Shown: positions 8,041-18,212 of the stretch, piece after piece
Numbering within the stretch: the stretch's first letter is position 1
Layout of the letters: each line of letters starts with the position of its first letter
From: an uncultured Bacteroidota bacterium
GTDB taxonomy: Bacteria; Bacteroidota; Ignavibacteria; Kryptoniales; JAKASW01
Assembly (NCBI GenBank): GCA_963703365.1
Contig: OY969815.1
Span: 3,080,577-3,144,576 of the forward strand
Reading direction: 5' to 3'
DNA length: 64,000 nt
The notes under the pieces: generated by a model
Told to the model about the DNA's origin: nothing
Seen by the model: only the letters and a program-made list of their open reading frames with translations
Database searches by the model: none
Made by a program: the position numbers and the translations under genes

Positions 8041-8957
8041 TGAACATTTATCACGAGCCAGTGTTGCTCAAGGAGAGCGTGGATTTCTTGGTCACTGACT
8101 TGGGTGGAACATACGTTGACGCAACTTTCGGCGGCGGCGGTCACTCCCGCGAGCTTCTCTCCCGACTACACCATAATGCGCGTGTCTTCGCCTTCGATGT
8201 TGACGAAAATTCACAGCGAGTTGCAAATGAGATTTCCTTGTCGGACGATAGACTGTTGTTTGTCAAAAAGAATTTTTCTCATATTGGAGATATTTTCGAG
8301 GATAAGAATTTAAAATCAGCCGCCGGATTTTTATTCGATCTCGGCGTGTCATCTTACCAGATAGATAATGAGCCTGGATTCAGCTACAGGCGCGATGAGA
8401 AACTTGATATGCGCTTGGATAAAGATCTCAAAACTTCGGCCTATGAAGTAATAAACTTGTACAATGTCGAAGCACTTGCGGAAGTGTTCAGCAAGTACGG
8501 CGAAGAACCGCGCTCACGTGCGCTTGCGAGAGTTGTCGTGAAACATCGGGAAAAAAACAAGATTAAAACGACTTTGCAATTTTCGGAGATCGCCGGAAAG
8601 GGTTGCGGAAAATCCGCGAAAACTTTGTCGAGAATTTTCCAGGCGATTCGCATCGAAGTGAATAAAGAACTCGATTCGCTTTCCGAAGCGTTGGAAGCGG
8701 CCGTGAGTCTCGCATCTCGCGGCGGCAGAGTAGTCGTAATTTCTTATCAGTCACTTGAAGATAGAATTGTCAAGGAAAAATTCAAGTATGAAGCTGCGGC
8801 ATGTGTTTGTCCGCCGCAGATGATTATTTGTACCTGCGGTAAGATTCCCCGTGTCAAAATTCTTACACGAAAGCCTGTTTTGCCGAATGAAGTTGAAGTC
8901 ATGCGCAATCGCAGAGCTCGAAGTGCGAAATTGAGAGTAGTCGAAAAAATTATATGA
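8040..8957 (+). CDS. rsmH: 16S rRNA (cytosine1402-N4)-methyltransferase RsmH
   Basis: HEPVLL...DATFGGGGHS...FDLGVSSYQID motifs are present. Its position after mraZ is conserved. Confidence 0.95.
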   Translation: MNIYHEPVLLKESVDFLVTDLGGTYVDATFGGGGHSRELLSRLHHNARVFAFDVDENSQRVANEISLSDDRLLFVKKNFSHIGDIFEDKNLKSAAGFLFDLGVSSYQIDNEPGFSYRRDEKLDMRLDKDLKTSAYEVINLYNVEALAEVFSKYGEEPRSRALARVVVKHREKNKIKTTLQFSEIAGKGCGKSAKTLSRIFQAIRIEVNKELDSLSEALEAAVSLASRGGRVVVISYQSLEDRIVKEKFKYEAAACVCPPQMIICTCGKIPRVKILTRKPVLPNEVEVMRNRRARSAKLRVVEKII

Positions 8958-9346
8958 GCGAGAAACTCGATAAACCTGGTGAACAAAAAGAGCAGAAGGT
9001 CACAGGACCCCCTTCGGGGAAGCGTTCGTCACCGACCGTTTCCAAATTCATTTTTGTATTAGGCGGAGTTGTAGCAGTGCTTCTCTTAATCGTCAATAAC
9101 AGCGTAACGGTTGACAGGTTAGCGAGCGATATAGGGTTGCTTGAGTCTGCATATTCGCAAATAAAATTTCAGAATGATTCATTGCAAGCCGAGCTGAAGA
9201 GACTTTCGAGTGCAGAAAGGATTACACAAATCGCTTCCGAAAAACTTGGACTCGCATACAGCAGCCAGTCTCTCGATCAAATCGGGATCGACAAAAGTAA
9301 ATTGGACAAAGCTGAAGAACAAGATGCAAGAGACACAACAAAGTAA
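8954..9346 (+). CDS. ftsL: Cell division protein FtsL-like (single TM plus coiled coil)
   Basis: The 130-aa product has one TM helix (FIFVLGGVVAVLLLIV) followed by a heptad-like region. Its position between rsmH and ftsI is conserved. Confidence 0.7.
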   Translation: MSEKLDKPGEQKEQKVTGPPSGKRSSPTVSKFIFVLGGVVAVLLLIVNNSVTVDRLASDIGLLESAYSQIKFQNDSLQAELKRLSSAERITQIASEKLGLAYSSQSLDQIGIDKSKLDKAEEQDARDTTK

Positions 9347-11675
9347 TCTCGCAAATAATAGTTCCATGGTTCATGGACGAACAGGCAGAATTAATTTCAT
9401 CCGAGTAATTTTTGTGTTAATATTCGTCGCTATTGTTGTGAAGCTCGGAGTCGTTCAAGGGGTCAACGGTTTTTATTACAGGCGAGTTGCCCAGAAACAA
9501 TACGAAAGTCAAGTCATGCTTCAGGCAAACCGCGGCATGATCTACGACAGGAATGGCAGCCTAATAGTCTCGAACAATTACGGTTACTCGTATGCCGCAG
9601 ACCCCGAGCTTCTTGATTCTTTCGACAGGACAAGAATCGCTCAGAAATTTGCCGCCGTTTTCAATATGCCGGCGTCGCTTTTTATGGACAAAATGGACAC
9701 GAAGTCACGTTTTGTCTGGTTCGCGCGAAATATCAATTCGGACCAAGCATCTGCACTTCAAAACTTTAATGTCTATGGATTGATTCGTCTTCAGGAACAG
9801 CAAAGGTTGTACCCCTATGGTGCGTCGGCAGGCCAAGTTATAGGTTTCACAAATGTTGATGGTAAGGGTGCGAGCGGTGTCGAACTTGAATTCGATTCGC
9901 TGCTTGCTGGAAAAGACGGCTACGAGGTCATGCAGCGCGACGGAATCGGAAGGAAGGTGCTTTCGGTCGATTATCCGTGTATCGATCCTGTGCCAGGATG
10001 TAACATCCAACTTACTCTTGATATGAATCTTGAGCAGATCGTGGAGGATGAATTATCTGCCGGTGTTCAAGCTGTGAAAGGAACAGCGGGAACCGCCGTG
10101 TTCATGAATCCGAACACGGGTCAAATTCTCGCTATCGTAAATTATCCTTCTTTCGATCCCTCTCAGCATGATAAGTACACACTCGACGATTCGAGAGACA
10201 GGGCGATTACTGATGTGTTCGAACCCGGCTCGACATTCAAAGTGGTCACCGCTTCCGTGGCTCTTGAAGAAGGAATCGAAAGACCCAACGACATGATCTT
10301 CGCTGAGAACGGCAAGTATATCCTATACGGCAGACTTATTGAGGATTTCGAACACGCCGGTTGGATAACGTTCAGGCAGGCTGTAGAATTGTCGAGCAAC
10401 ATTGCATTCTCGAAAGTCGGGATGAAAATTCCGCCCGACAAATTTTACAGATACGCACGAGATTTCGGGTTTGGTGCACCGACGGGCATAGAGCTTCCTG
10501 GAGAAGTTTCGGGTGAATTGAAGAAGCCGTATGAATGGTCCAAAGTTTCTCTTCCGTTCTTGTCGTTCGGCTACGAAGTGATGGTAACTGCGCTTCAGAT
10601 GGCTGACGCTTACGCGGCAATCGCAAACGGCGGTATGCTGATGAGGCCATACGTCGTTGACAAGATCACCGACTCGGAAGGAAATATTTTGTTTCAGAAT
10701 TCACCTACTGCGGTAAGACGCGTCGTGAACGCCGATATTGCTCAAACATTGAGCGGACTTTTTGTGGATGTCGTAGAACATGGAACAGGTGCTGCCGCGA
10801 AGCTGAGCGATATTCTCATCGCCGGCAAAACTGGTACTGCACAGAAATTAGTTGATGGAAAATATTCCAAGAAATTTTATCGGGCATCATTTGCGGGATT
10901 TTTTCCGATTCCGAATCCGGAGATTGTTGGATTCATAACAGTTGACTCTCCCATGAACGGATATACAGGTGGGACGGTCGCGGCGCCAATTTTCAAAAAA
11001 ATTGCTTCCCGCATTTACGGAATCATGCAGCGACGAACAACCGATTTTTCAAATGATGATGTGAGGTTGGTTTCAAATTCATCCCGAAATGGCGAAAAGG
11101 CTTCCGGATCGAGTGGAGGCAATTCGCAAATTGTTACGACTAACGTCGAAGACGCAAAATTAAATTCAGGCACATTTGGTTCAAGCTTCGTTTCCGGAGA
11201 TGTAGTAAAAATTCCGGATGTCACTTTTCTCGATTACAATTCCGCCGCAGCAATCCTGCAAAGCCAGGATCTCAATGTCGATCGCATCAACCTGCCCACC
11301 GACCCATCATACGCAGCCAAATCTTCGTCACCCGCTGGCGCGACCTCCGAGGAGTCTCCCGTGTTCACGCAATTAGATCAAAGCAGTTTCATTGTTCAAT
11401 TAGAAAAACCCGCCGCGGGTACGGTGGTTCCTAAGGGCACATTGGTACAGATGAATCTTGTATTGGCGAAACGCATTACAAAAATGCCTGATTTCTGTGG
11501 AGCTAGCGTGAGAAAGGCGTCAAGTTTCTTTCTATCGGCGGGGATTCCATTTCATGTGGTCGGCAGCGGAAAAATCGTGAGCCAATTTCCTAATGCTGGT
11601 CAACCGATCGACAAGAAAATTTCGGTGATTATAAATTGTGACAATAAAAGTTTGAATGTAACAGGGCTATTCTAA
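9324..11675 (+). CDS. ftsI: Peptidoglycan D,D-transpeptidase FtsI (class B PBP) with a C-terminal PASTA-like extension
   Basis: The N-terminal TM helix, the dimerisation domain and the transpeptidase motifs STFK, SSN and KTGT are present. I chose the start at MQETQQ (9324). An alternative start is ATG 9366. Confidence 0.9.
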   Translation: MQETQQSNLANNSSMVHGRTGRINFIRVIFVLIFVAIVVKLGVVQGVNGFYYRRVAQKQYESQVMLQANRGMIYDRNGSLIVSNNYGYSYAADPELLDSFDRTRIAQKFAAVFNMPASLFMDKMDTKSRFVWFARNINSDQASALQNFNVYGLIRLQEQQRLYPYGASAGQVIGFTNVDGKGASGVELEFDSLLAGKDGYEVMQRDGIGRKVLSVDYPCIDPVPGCNIQLTLDMNLEQIVEDELSAGVQAVKGTAGTAVFMNPNTGQILAIVNYPSFDPSQHDKYTLDDSRDRAITDVFEPGSTFKVVTASVALEEGIERPNDMIFAENGKYILYGRLIEDFEHAGWITFRQAVELSSNIAFSKVGMKIPPDKFYRYARDFGFGAPTGIELPGEVSGELKKPYEWSKVSLPFLSFGYEVMVTALQMADAYAAIANGGMLMRPYVVDKITDSEGNILFQNSPTAVRRVVNADIAQTLSGLFVDVVEHGTGAAAKLSDILIAGKTGTAQKLVDGKYSKKFYRASFAGFFPIPNPEIVGFITVDSPMNGYTGGTVAAPIFKKIASRIYGIMQRRTTDFSNDDVRLVSNSSRNGEKASGSSGGNSQIVTTNVEDAKLNSGTFGSSFVSGDVVKIPDVTFLDYNSAAAILQSQDLNVDRINLPTDPSYAAKSSSPAGATSEESPVFTQLDQSSFIVQLEKPAAGTVVPKGTLVQMNLVLAKRITKMPDFCGASVRKASSFFLSAGIPFHVVGSGKIVSQFPNAGQPIDKKISVIINCDNKSLNVTGLF

Positions 11676-13168
11676 TGAAGTTTAGCCAACTCATCAAAAA
11701 TATTTCGGTTACCGAAGTCACAGGCGACACGGATATCGAGGTCACCGATATCGTTTATGATTCGAGGAGAGTGAAAGAAGGCTCGCTGTTCGTTGCAATG
11801 AAAGGTGCGCAGTTCGATGGACACCGTTTCATCGTCGATGCCATAGGTAGCGGCGCGAGCGCGGTCGTGGTCGAGGACAACAGTATCGTCAATGACGATT
11901 ACTTCCTCTCTCACCACACCACTAAACTATTGGTCCTCAATACCCGCCGTGCTCTTGCGCTTATCTCTTCGAATTTTTATAACCATCCGGCAGAAAAACT
12001 TAAATCGATCGGCATAACAGGAACGAATGGAAAAACCACCAGCACTTACTTGATTAAGTCCATCTTACAAGCCGCAGGCGAGAAAGTCCTTTTAGTCGGA
12101 ACGATAACTTACTTGCTCGATAACGAGCCACTTGAAGCTGCGACCAACACGACCCCAGAATCGTTCGAACTGAGCAGGATGATGGCTGTCGCGGTCAGGA
12201 AAGGCGCGACTTCGGCGGTGATGGAGGTCTCGTCCCATTCGCTCGTGATGAATCGAGTCTATGGAATTCCGTTCAGGGCAGCTGTGTTCACGAATCTCAC
12301 TCAGGATCATCTCGATTTTCATCAAACAATGGAAAAGTATTTTAACGCGAAGAAAATTTTATTTGACATGTTGCCGATGGGAAGCATTGCAATATCCAAT
12401 ATCGATGATAAATACGGAGAAAGAATCGTCATGGACACTTCGGCAAAAAAAATTTTTTACGGTTTCGGATCACGTGCGGACTTTAGAATCATCGAGTCTT
12501 CGTTTGGAGTCGAGGGAACAAGCGTCGTCGTTCGACATAATGGAAAGGACTTTTCGATAAACTCCACATTGGTTGGACGATTTAACGCTTACAATCTCAC
12601 CGGCGCATTTGCAGCGGCCGTCTCCCTCGGGTATGACCCGGTGACTGCTACGGATGCATTGAGTAAAGTTCAAAGTGTGCGTGGTCGGTTCGAGCGCGTC
12701 GATTCCGGGAAAGGTTTCTTGGTCGTCGTGGATTACGCTCATAGTCCCGACTCGCTGCAGAAAACTTTGCAGTCCGTGAAAGAGATTTTGAATTCAGCCG
12801 GAAAGGGCGGGAGACTTATCACTCTCTTCGGCTGCGGCGGAAATCGTGATCGAACAAAACGTCCGAAGATGGGAAAGATTGCTGAAGACTTAAGCGACAT
12901 GACCATCGTTACTTCGGACAATCCACGCTTCGAAGATCCGGAGGCGATTGTGAATGAAATACTCGCTGGAATGAATACGAATGACAATAGAGTTTTGCGG
13001 ATCGTAGACAGGCATGAAGCAATAGCCGAGGCTTTGAAGCGCGCATTGCCTAACGACATCGTGGTACTTGCCGGGAAAGGACATGAGAATTATCAGGATG
13101 TAAAAGGGATAAAGCATCATTTTGACGATCGCGAAGAAGTCGAGAAAGAATTAGCATTAAAAAGTTGA
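11675..13168 (+). CDS. murE: UDP-N-acetylmuramoyl-L-alanyl-D-glutamate--2,6-diaminopimelate ligase
   Basis: The Mur ligase P-loop GITGTNGKTT and the DNPR motif (meso-DAP type) are present. It sits at the expected dcw position. Confidence 0.95.
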   Translation: MKFSQLIKNISVTEVTGDTDIEVTDIVYDSRRVKEGSLFVAMKGAQFDGHRFIVDAIGSGASAVVVEDNSIVNDDYFLSHHTTKLLVLNTRRALALISSNFYNHPAEKLKSIGITGTNGKTTSTYLIKSILQAAGEKVLLVGTITYLLDNEPLEAATNTTPESFELSRMMAVAVRKGATSAVMEVSSHSLVMNRVYGIPFRAAVFTNLTQDHLDFHQTMEKYFNAKKILFDMLPMGSIAISNIDDKYGERIVMDTSAKKIFYGFGSRADFRIIESSFGVEGTSVVVRHNGKDFSINSTLVGRFNAYNLTGAFAAAVSLGYDPVTATDALSKVQSVRGRFERVDSGKGFLVVVDYAHSPDSLQKTLQSVKEILNSAGKGGRLITLFGCGGNRDRTKRPKMGKIAEDLSDMTIVTSDNPRFEDPEAIVNEILAGMNTNDNRVLRIVDRHEAIAEALKRALPNDIVVLAGKGHENYQDVKGIKHHFDDREEVEKELALKS

Positions 13169-14577
13169 TTACGTTGCGAGACATACACGGAATTCAGGGA
13201 GCTGAATTTCATAATTTAAAATTCAGATCAGCAAAGACTGTTTCCACGGATTCGCGCACGGTTTCCAGAAACCAGATATTCTTTGCACTTCGTGGCGAAA
13301 AATTCGACGGACATAATTTTGTCGGTGATGCGATTGGCAAAAAAGCAGTTTGTGCGGTTGTCGATAAAAAGTGGTATGGAGAAAAAAAATCCGAACGTAT
13401 CCATCAGGGTGAAGCCAGTCATTTTCCGCTTGTTGTGGTTGATGACACAACTCGTGCGCTCGGTGATCTGGCGAGAATTTATCGCCGCAAATTTTTCATG
13501 CCGGTGATAGCTGTCGGCGGTTCGAACGGGAAAACAACCACCAAAGAAATGATCGCGAAAATTTTGAGCGAAAAATATAGAGTCGTTAAAACTTCCGGCA
13601 ATCACAACAACCAGATTGGCGTCCCGCTCACAATTTTCGGATTTAAAAATTCTCACGACGTTGCAGTAGTTGAAATCGGAACAAATCATTTCGGCGAAAT
13701 AGAGCGCCTTTGTAAAATTCTCGAGCCGACTGCCGGCGTTGTCACAAATATTGGGAACGAGCACTTGGAGTTCTTCAAAAATTTGAATGGTGTCAAAAAA
13801 GAGGAGGGCAAACTTTTTAAATATCTCGCATCGACGAAAGGTGCAGCGTTTGTTAACGCGGACGATAAAAATTTAGTTGATTTGTCGAAAGAATTGAAGC
13901 ACAAGTTCACATTCGGGTTTAGTCCGTATCGTAGAAATTTGTCGGCACGGCTATTTGGTCTGGACAGCAAAGGATGTGTTTTGTTTGAAATAAAACATGA
14001 AAATAAGACTGAGCTTATATGTCTTCATGTTCCCGGAATACACAACGCGATAAATGCACTTGCCGCCGCCGCAGTCGGAGCCTATTACGGCGTCAAGATC
14101 AATGAGATAAAGAAAGCACTTGAGAATTACGAGTCTTATGAAAAGCGAATGGAGATGGTGAAATCCGGCGGCGTAACGATTCTCAATGATACTTACAACT
14201 CAAATCCGGAATCTGCTGTCGCTGCTATCCGTTTGTTGTCGGTCATTGGCACGAAAGGCAAAAGGATCGCAGTTCTTGCGGACATGCTCGAACTGGGCAA
14301 GTCCGCGAAGCATGAGCATCAGAAAATTGGAAGGGAAATCGCGAAAGAAAGTTTAGATTACCTTTTCACATTTGGAAACCTTGCGCTAGAAATTGCCGCA
14401 GCAACTGAAGGCAAGGTGGAAACGGAATCTTTCGTCGATAAAGATAGACTTTCCGAAAAACTTCTTAAGACGGTCGAGGCCGGAGACGTCGTGCTTGTCA
14501 AAGGTTCACGCGGCATGAAGATGGAAGATATTGTAAATATTCTGACGAGTGAATTACGGAATCGGAGAGATCGCTGA
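13165..14577 (+). CDS. murF: UDP-N-acetylmuramoyl-tripeptide--D-alanyl-D-alanine ligase
   Basis: The Mur ligase P-loop GGSNGKTTTKE is present, at the expected dcw position. Its start overlaps the murE stop. Confidence 0.9.
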   Translation: MITLRDIHGIQGAEFHNLKFRSAKTVSTDSRTVSRNQIFFALRGEKFDGHNFVGDAIGKKAVCAVVDKKWYGEKKSERIHQGEASHFPLVVVDDTTRALGDLARIYRRKFFMPVIAVGGSNGKTTTKEMIAKILSEKYRVVKTSGNHNNQIGVPLTIFGFKNSHDVAVVEIGTNHFGEIERLCKILEPTAGVVTNIGNEHLEFFKNLNGVKKEEGKLFKYLASTKGAAFVNADDKNLVDLSKELKHKFTFGFSPYRRNLSARLFGLDSKGCVLFEIKHENKTELICLHVPGIHNAINALAAAAVGAYYGVKINEIKKALENYESYEKRMEMVKSGGVTILNDTYNSNPESAVAAIRLLSVIGTKGKRIAVLADMLELGKSAKHEHQKIGREIAKESLDYLFTFGNLALEIAAATEGKVETESFVDKDRLSEKLLKTVEAGDVVLVKGSRGMKMEDIVNILTSELRNRRDR

Positions 14578-15686
14578 TGCTGTATTATTTATTGGAGATG
14601 CTCGAAAGACAATTTCACCCGCCTGGCTTTGGAGTCTTCAAGTACATTACTTTCCGTTCAGCGCTCGCGGCGATCACTGCATTGTTGATCAGCTTTGTAA
14701 TCGGTCCGATAGTCATCCGGAAGCTTCACAAACACCAGATCGGAGAGCAGGCGAAAGTCGAAGGTCCCAAGTCCCACTTGTCGAAAGCTGGAACGCCGAC
14801 GATGGGTGGGCTTATAATTCTCGGATCAGTCGTCTTGCCACTTCTTCTGTGGGGCGACCTTGGAAATCTATACGTGCTTTTGATGCTGCTCATTACTATG
14901 TTGCTCGGTATTCTTGGATTCACCGACGATTACATGAAAGTCATCAAGAAGAAACGAAAAGGACTCATTGCTCGGTACAAGCTCATCGGACAAGTTGCCA
15001 TCGGTTTAATCGTCGGTGCGGTTTTATATTTCTCTCCGCAGCTTCGCCCGTTTAATTCATTGACAACGATTCCGTTTTTCAAAAATCTGAACTTTGATTA
15101 CTCATACTTTTACATTCCAGTTGTCATTTTCATAATTACAGCGACATCAAACGCCGTTAATCTGACTGACGGGCTCGACGGTCTTGCCGTCGGTACTGTC
15201 GGAATAGTCGCATTGACTCTTGCATTGATGAGTTACATATCAGGGAACATTGATTTCAGTCGTTATCTGAATATAATCTATCTGCGTGGTTCGGGTGAGC
15301 TTACGGTGTATTGTGCGGCTCTTATTGGAGCTTCGCTCGGCTTTCTGTGGTACAATACATATCCGGCGCAGGTTTTCATGGGCGATACTGGCTCGCTTGC
15401 GCTGGGTGGGGCGATCGCGGGAATTTCAATTATGATCAAGAAAGAATTGGTGCTTCCGATATTAGGCGGAATCTTTCTTGCCGAAGAATTGTCGGTGATC
15501 GCTCAAGTCCTCTATTTCAAATACACGAAGAAGAAATTTGGTGAGGGGCATCGCATTTTCAAGATGGCACCGTTCCATCATCACTTCGAGCTTGGCGGTG
15601 TAGCAGAGCCGAAAATTGTCACGCGGTTTTACATCGTCGGGATTTTGTTAGCGATTTTAAGTCTAACCACGTTCAAAGTGAGGTAA
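14577..15686 (+). CDS. mraY: Phospho-N-acetylmuramoyl-pentapeptide transferase
   Basis: The polytopic membrane protein carries the motifs NAVNLTDGLDGLA and FMGDTGSLALGG. Confidence 0.95.
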   Translation: MLYYLLEMLERQFHPPGFGVFKYITFRSALAAITALLISFVIGPIVIRKLHKHQIGEQAKVEGPKSHLSKAGTPTMGGLIILGSVVLPLLLWGDLGNLYVLLMLLITMLLGILGFTDDYMKVIKKKRKGLIARYKLIGQVAIGLIVGAVLYFSPQLRPFNSLTTIPFFKNLNFDYSYFYIPVVIFIITATSNAVNLTDGLDGLAVGTVGIVALTLALMSYISGNIDFSRYLNIIYLRGSGELTVYCAALIGASLGFLWYNTYPAQVFMGDTGSLALGGAIAGISIMIKKELVLPILGGIFLAEELSVIAQVLYFKYTKKKFGEGHRIFKMAPFHHHFELGGVAEPKIVTRFYIVGILLAILSLTTFKVR

Positions 15687-15687
15687 A

Positions 15688-17043
15688 TTGAGCAAACCGG
15701 AAAAAATAAAATCCGCGAGAGTGTCGGTGCTTGGTGCTGCGAGAAGCGGAATATCAACTGCGAAACTTTTGAAATCGCAAGGCGCTTACGTGTTCGTGAG
15801 CGATAAAAAGCTGAAAGAGGAAGCTGCTCAACAGATTCGAACACTAGAGAACTTAGGACTGGCGTATGAATTCGGTGCACACTCGGATAGAATTTTCGAT
15901 GCGGATTTCATCGTGATAAGTCCGGGTGTTCCATCAAACTTAAATCTGGTTCAACATGCTTTGAAAGTGGGCTTGAGCGTTTACAGCGAGGTCGAAGCTG
16001 CATCATGGTTTTGCCGCGCGCCCATAGTAGCGATAACCGGCTCGAACGGAAAAACCACTACGACAACTCTTACCGGCAAAATTTTCGAGAAGGCAGGATG
16101 GAAAACGGTTGTCGCAGGAAATATAGGTTTTCCACTTTCCGATTATGTTCTTGACGTCGATGAAAAATCCGTCGTAGTCGTCGAAGTGTCGAGTTTCCAA
16201 TTGGATCATATCGACACGTTCAAGCCCAAAGTTGCAGCGCTTTTAAACATAACGGCGGATCATCTTGATAGGTATGAAAACTACCAAGCTTACATGGATT
16301 CGAAGTTTAGAATTTTCATGAATCAAACTGTGAACGACTTCTCTATTTATAATTACGATGACGAAGCTGTCAGGAAATATTGCGAGGGCTTGGTGACGAA
16401 GAAAAATTGTTTCAGTGTTAAAGAGAAAATTTCCTGTGGAGCCTTTGTCGATGGCGATAAAGTGTTTCTTGCTGCTGATGGGAATCGGGAATTTCTGATC
16501 GATGCCAAGGAGATAAAAATCCGCGGCGCGCACAATTTATATAATTCTATCGCGTCATCGCTTGCAGCGAGAGCGATGGGAGTTTCTGTAGAAGTCATCG
16601 CGGATACTTTGCGAGAATTTCCGGGAGTGGAACATCGGCTTGAACCGGTTCGAGAGCTCAACGGCGTGGTATATGTTAATGATTCGAAGGCCACGAATGT
16701 CGATGCCGTGTGGTATGCGCTCGGAAGTTTTGAGTCGCCAATAGTTTTGATCGCTGGAGGCAAAGACAAAGGAAACGATTATTCGCCCCTCTTCGAACTT
16801 GTAAAGAAAAAAGTTCATGCGATGATTCTCATCGGTCAAGCAGCTACGAAGATGCAAAAAGAATTTTCGGACAAGACGATGTGCATCATGGCATCGTCCA
16901 TGGAAGAAGCTGTCTCAAGGGCGCAGCGTGAAGCGAAGAAAGGCGATGTGGTTCTCCTTTCGCCGGCGTGTGCGAGTTTCGATATGTTTCATGATTACGA
17001 GCACCGGGGGCGAGAATTTAAAAGATTGGTGATGGGGCTGTGA
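15688..17043 (+). CDS. murD: UDP-N-acetylmuramoylalanine--D-glutamate ligase
   Basis: It has a Rossmann-type N-terminus and the P-loop GSNGKTTTT. It uses a TTG start 2 nt after the mraY stop. Confidence 0.9.
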   Translation: MSKPEKIKSARVSVLGAARSGISTAKLLKSQGAYVFVSDKKLKEEAAQQIRTLENLGLAYEFGAHSDRIFDADFIVISPGVPSNLNLVQHALKVGLSVYSEVEAASWFCRAPIVAITGSNGKTTTTTLTGKIFEKAGWKTVVAGNIGFPLSDYVLDVDEKSVVVVEVSSFQLDHIDTFKPKVAALLNITADHLDRYENYQAYMDSKFRIFMNQTVNDFSIYNYDDEAVRKYCEGLVTKKNCFSVKEKISCGAFVDGDKVFLAADGNREFLIDAKEIKIRGAHNLYNSIASSLAARAMGVSVEVIADTLREFPGVEHRLEPVRELNGVVYVNDSKATNVDAVWYALGSFESPIVLIAGGKDKGNDYSPLFELVKKKVHAMILIGQAATKMQKEFSDKTMCIMASSMEEAVSRAQREAKKGDVVLLSPACASFDMFHDYEHRGREFKRLVMGL

Positions 17044-18212
17044 CGAAGAATTTGAAGCCGGCAGATAAGTGGTTTTTGTTCGCAGTGCTCTTACTCATGT
17101 TTATGAGTCTTGTTGTCGTTTATAGCGCAAGTGCATTCTGGTCCGAATTAAAATTCCAGAATCCGGCGTATCTTTTGCGAAGTCATCTTTTCAAAGTTTT
17201 TATTGGAATGATTCTTATTTTTACTGTCGCAAAATTTGATTACCACAAATTCGAGAAGTACGCTTCTCAGCTTCTTGTAATTTCCGGAATTCTTTTGATT
17301 GTTGCGCTTGGGCAGCGAGTGATAATAAAGGGTGCCGCTCGCTCGATTCATCTCGGCATGTTCAGCTTCGAGCCGTCGGAGGTCGCTCGGTTGGCGATTT
17401 TATTTTTCGTTGCGGCTTATCTTGTCATGAGTGTCGATACGTTAGACGATTACAGAACACTGATCAAACCTCTTGCGGCGACAACAATTATCGCCGGACT
17501 CATAGTTTTGCAGCCAAACTTCAGCACAGCTTTAATGATTTTTGCGGTTGTCGGAGTGACGCTCCTCGCAGGCGGCGCCAAGAAAAGTCACCTGGCGGTT
17601 CTCGTTGCCGGCGCGCTTTTAGTCGGCACATGTGCCATGATGTTCGAATCGTATCGTGTCGCGAGAGTCCAATCGTGGATGAAACACGGCTCGGGAAATT
17701 ATCAAGTTGAACAGTCCATAATAGGTTTCGGCAACGGCGGAATATTCGGCGTTGGACCCGGCAACAGCAGGCAGAGAAACTTATTTTTGCCGGAATCTTA
17801 CGGTGATTTTGTTTACTCGATCATCGGCGAAGAATACGGTTTGTGGGGATCGACTTTGGTGATGCTGTTATTCCTTTTTATCGCATTTCGTGGTACAGCC
17901 ATCGCTAAAAAAGCGCCCGACAGGTTTGGGTCCTTGCTCGCGATTGGAATAACGAGCGGGATTTGCTTGTATGCTTTCGTTAATGCAGGAGTTGCAACCG
18001 GACTTTTTCCCACCACAGGACTTCCAATGCCGTTCGTCAGCTATGGCGGTACTGCGATGATAATCAATTCGATTGCGGTCGGAATTATCTTGAATATATC
18101 GAAACAAATTCCAGAAAATGAAATTGTTCCTACGAAAGGAAAAGTTGCTCACGGGATATTTCGAACGAAAAAAATAAAAACCAGCGAGCCGGTCGTTGGG
18201 AGGGTTTACTAA
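17040..18212 (+). CDS. ftsW: Peptidoglycan glycosyltransferase FtsW (SEDS family)
   Basis: It is a 10-TM-like SEDS protein with a PESYGDFVYSIIGEE-type motif. Its GTG start overlaps the murD stop (GTGA). Confidence 0.9.
   Translation: MTKNLKPADKWFLFAVLLLMFMSLVVVYSASAFWSELKFQNPAYLLRSHLFKVFIGMILIFTVAKFDYHKFEKYASQLLVISGILLIVALGQRVIIKGAARSIHLGMFSFEPSEVARLAILFFVAAYLVMSVDTLDDYRTLIKPLAATTIIAGLIVLQPNFSTALMIFAVVGVTLLAGGAKKSHLAVLVAGALLVGTCAMMFESYRVARVQSWMKHGSGNYQVEQSIIGFGNGGIFGVGPGNSRQRNLFLPESYGDFVYSIIGEEYGLWGSTLVMLLFLFIAFRGTAIAKKAPDRFGSLLAIGITSGICLYAFVNAGVATGLFPTTGLPMPFVSYGGTAMIINSIAVGIILNISKQIPENEIVPTKGKVAHGIFRTKKIKTSEPVVGRVY

Noticed and set aside
13228-13764. 178-aa minus-strand ORF inside murF. 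Similar long shadow ORFs lie at 24929-25435 (ftsZ), 40593-41099 (pepN), 23499-23990 (ftsA), 36145-36645 (TPR gene), 14549-15055 (mraY) and 52828-53310 (fabD/fabH).
   Set aside because: All of them overlap strongly supported genes and have no motifs, no RBS context and odd composition. I treat them as non-coding.
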